From a virus, in IMG/VR virus record IMGVR_UViG_3300043775_001834, positions 1 to 64,000 of that record: a stretch of 64,000 bases of DNA. One strand, given 5' to 3'. Position numbers and translations under genes: made by a program. Each line of letters opens with the position of its first letter. Position 1 is the first letter of the stretch. Under the pieces are notes generated by a model. It had not been told where the DNA came from and searched no databases. It saw nothing but the letters and a program-made list of their open reading frames with translations. Below, one piece after another: positions 62,802-64,000 of this stretch.

Positions 62802-64000
62802 ATGGCAATTTCACCATCATTACAACAGTTCAAGTCTTCAGGTGTTTATCGACTTGAATTTGACAAGAGCCAAATCACTAACATCCCTTCTGAGACTATA
62901 CGTCTTATTATCGGATTCTCTAAAAAAGGACCTTTTAATACACCAGTATTTGTACAGGATTCAGTATTTTTTAAATCTGTTTTCGGCGAAATCGACACAG
63001 TATTAGAAAGAAAAGGTTCATATTTCCACAGAACAGTTTTAACTTGTTTGGATAGAGGACCAGTGATCGTTCTTAACTTACTTAAGTTAGATGACACATT
63101 AGATACTTCTAATTTTCAATCAATTTCTACTTGTTCTACTGATGACAATGCACTAGTTGATACAGCACCAGTTTCTTCATTCTTTAATAAAGATAAATTC
63201 TGGTTTACTGATCCTGCTGCTTTAGTTCAATCAGCTGCAACTAACGGAAGTACTAATTCTCAGCGTTTGCTTAATTATGCAAATGTTGGTAGAAAACCTG
63301 TTTCTGTAATTACTAGAAAATCTGATATTCTTGGATTTGATGTAATCGCTAAAGATTGGTTTTCTGTAGGTCAAGTTCCATTCTTTATGAATGAAAATGA
63401 TTACATTTCAGATTATCTTGTTGATGTAATTGTAGTTGAAGGAGATTTCTCTAACTATACAACATTATCTATCGATCCAATTTTCGGATCATTTTTTAAT
63501 AATACTGGACTTAAAAAATCTTACACCGACCAATACGGTTTTGTGAGAGATGGATTAACTGAATTCCTTTCTTTACCTCAAGTTAATGTACTTGGAGTTT
63601 ATACTGGAGCAATGATTCCTGACTTCCAAGATAAAAATGGAAACAACATTTACATCCAAGATTTAGTTAACCTTGAAACTTCAAGAACTGGAGTTTTAAT
63701 GGCATTAAATCCTAACGCATATGACGATCAGCCTTATAACTTAGGTGGAGCTTCAAGATATATTTCTGGTGATTTAATTGATACTATAGGTCATACCATA
63801 GAATCAGAGCAACCTGGTGCACTTAATTTCTTATCATATTATGGTGGAATTCAAGAAGATTTATCTTATAATAAAGTTTCTGGAGCTACTGCGGTAGTAT
63901 TTAATACTTTATCAGTAGGTGCAACAACTGGAGTTGTTGCTAACGCATTATATTCTGCATCGACTGCAATTCAAGGAGCTACTGGATATACATCAGCTGG
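62802..64000 (+). CDS. gp18: Tail sheath protein (gp18-like), runs off window end; absent from ORF track
   Basis: MAISPSLQQFKSSGVYRLEFDKS...IIGFSKKGPFNTPVFV...FG is a typical sheath N-terminus. Confidence 0.85.
   Translation, partial: MAISPSLQQFKSSGVYRLEFDKSQITNIPSETIRLIIGFSKKGPFNTPVFVQDSVFFKSVFGEIDTVLERKGSYFHRTVLTCLDRGPVIVLNLLKLDDTLDTSNFQSISTCSTDDNALVDTAPVSSFFNKDKFWFTDPAALVQSAATNGSTNSQRLLNYANVGRKPVSVITRKSDILGFDVIAKDWFSVGQVPFFMNENDYISDYLVDVIVVEGDFSNYTTLSIDPIFGSFFNNTGLKKSYTDQYGFVRDGLTEFLSLPQVNVLGVYTGAMIPDFQDKNGNNIYIQDLVNLETSRTGVLMALNPNAYDDQPYNLGGASRYISGDLIDTIGHTIESEQPGALNFLSYYGGIQEDLSYNKVSGATAVVFNTLSVGATTGVVANALYSASTAIQGATGYTSA

Noticed and set aside
62773-63006. 77-aa ORF from the track
   Set aside because: Out-of-frame overlap with the tail sheath gene starting at 62802.
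2236-63097. All minus-strand ORFs in the track
   Set aside because: Each lies antisense to a well-supported + strand gene and has shadow-like composition with no motifs.
1-64000. Alternative genetic code (stop-codon reassignment)
   Set aside because: Genes are full length in the standard code and TAA, TAG and TGA all terminate genes; only one internal stop (gp41) was seen.
1-64000. tRNA or rRNA genes
   Set aside because: No cloverleaf or T-loop signature recognised in the few intergenic gaps; tRNAscan would be needed to exclude fully.

Overview
A 64-kb, AT-rich segment of a large T4-like (myovirus-type) phage genome, with essentially all genes on the + strand in the standard genetic code. 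Bacteroidota/Flavobacteria-type promoters, A-rich starts without Shine-Dalgarno sites, and DUF2452 suggest a Bacteroidota host (inference). It carries replication/recombination genes (gp32, gp61, UvsY, UvsW, split gp43, NrdAB, dUTPase, gp45, UvsX, gp41, gp46/47, gp44/62, RNase H, RuvC-like, Fpg), the late sigma gp55, and virion/packaging genes (gp3, gp15, gp4, gp2, portal, gp21-scaffold fusion, MCP, gp14, TerS, TerL, tail sheath). Highlights: (1) at least 17 unrelated proteins share an N-terminal T4-internal-protein-like capsid-targeting/cleavage leader ([TS]F[ED]EF[LV]NE), suggesting a large head-packaged, injected cargo that includes a RimK ligase fused to a RimB-like protease. (2) A ~105-bp non-coding element (promoter plus CCRAGG repeats) occurs twice in inverted orientation, 57 kb apart. 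(3) UvsW is fractured by a naturally split intein around a hairpin-repressed homing endonuclease. (4) The DNA polymerase is split into two distant genes. (5) Three distinct promoter classes can be read from the sequence. (6) An in-frame TAA interrupts the gp41 helicase. All calls come from motif recognition by eye; no searches were run.
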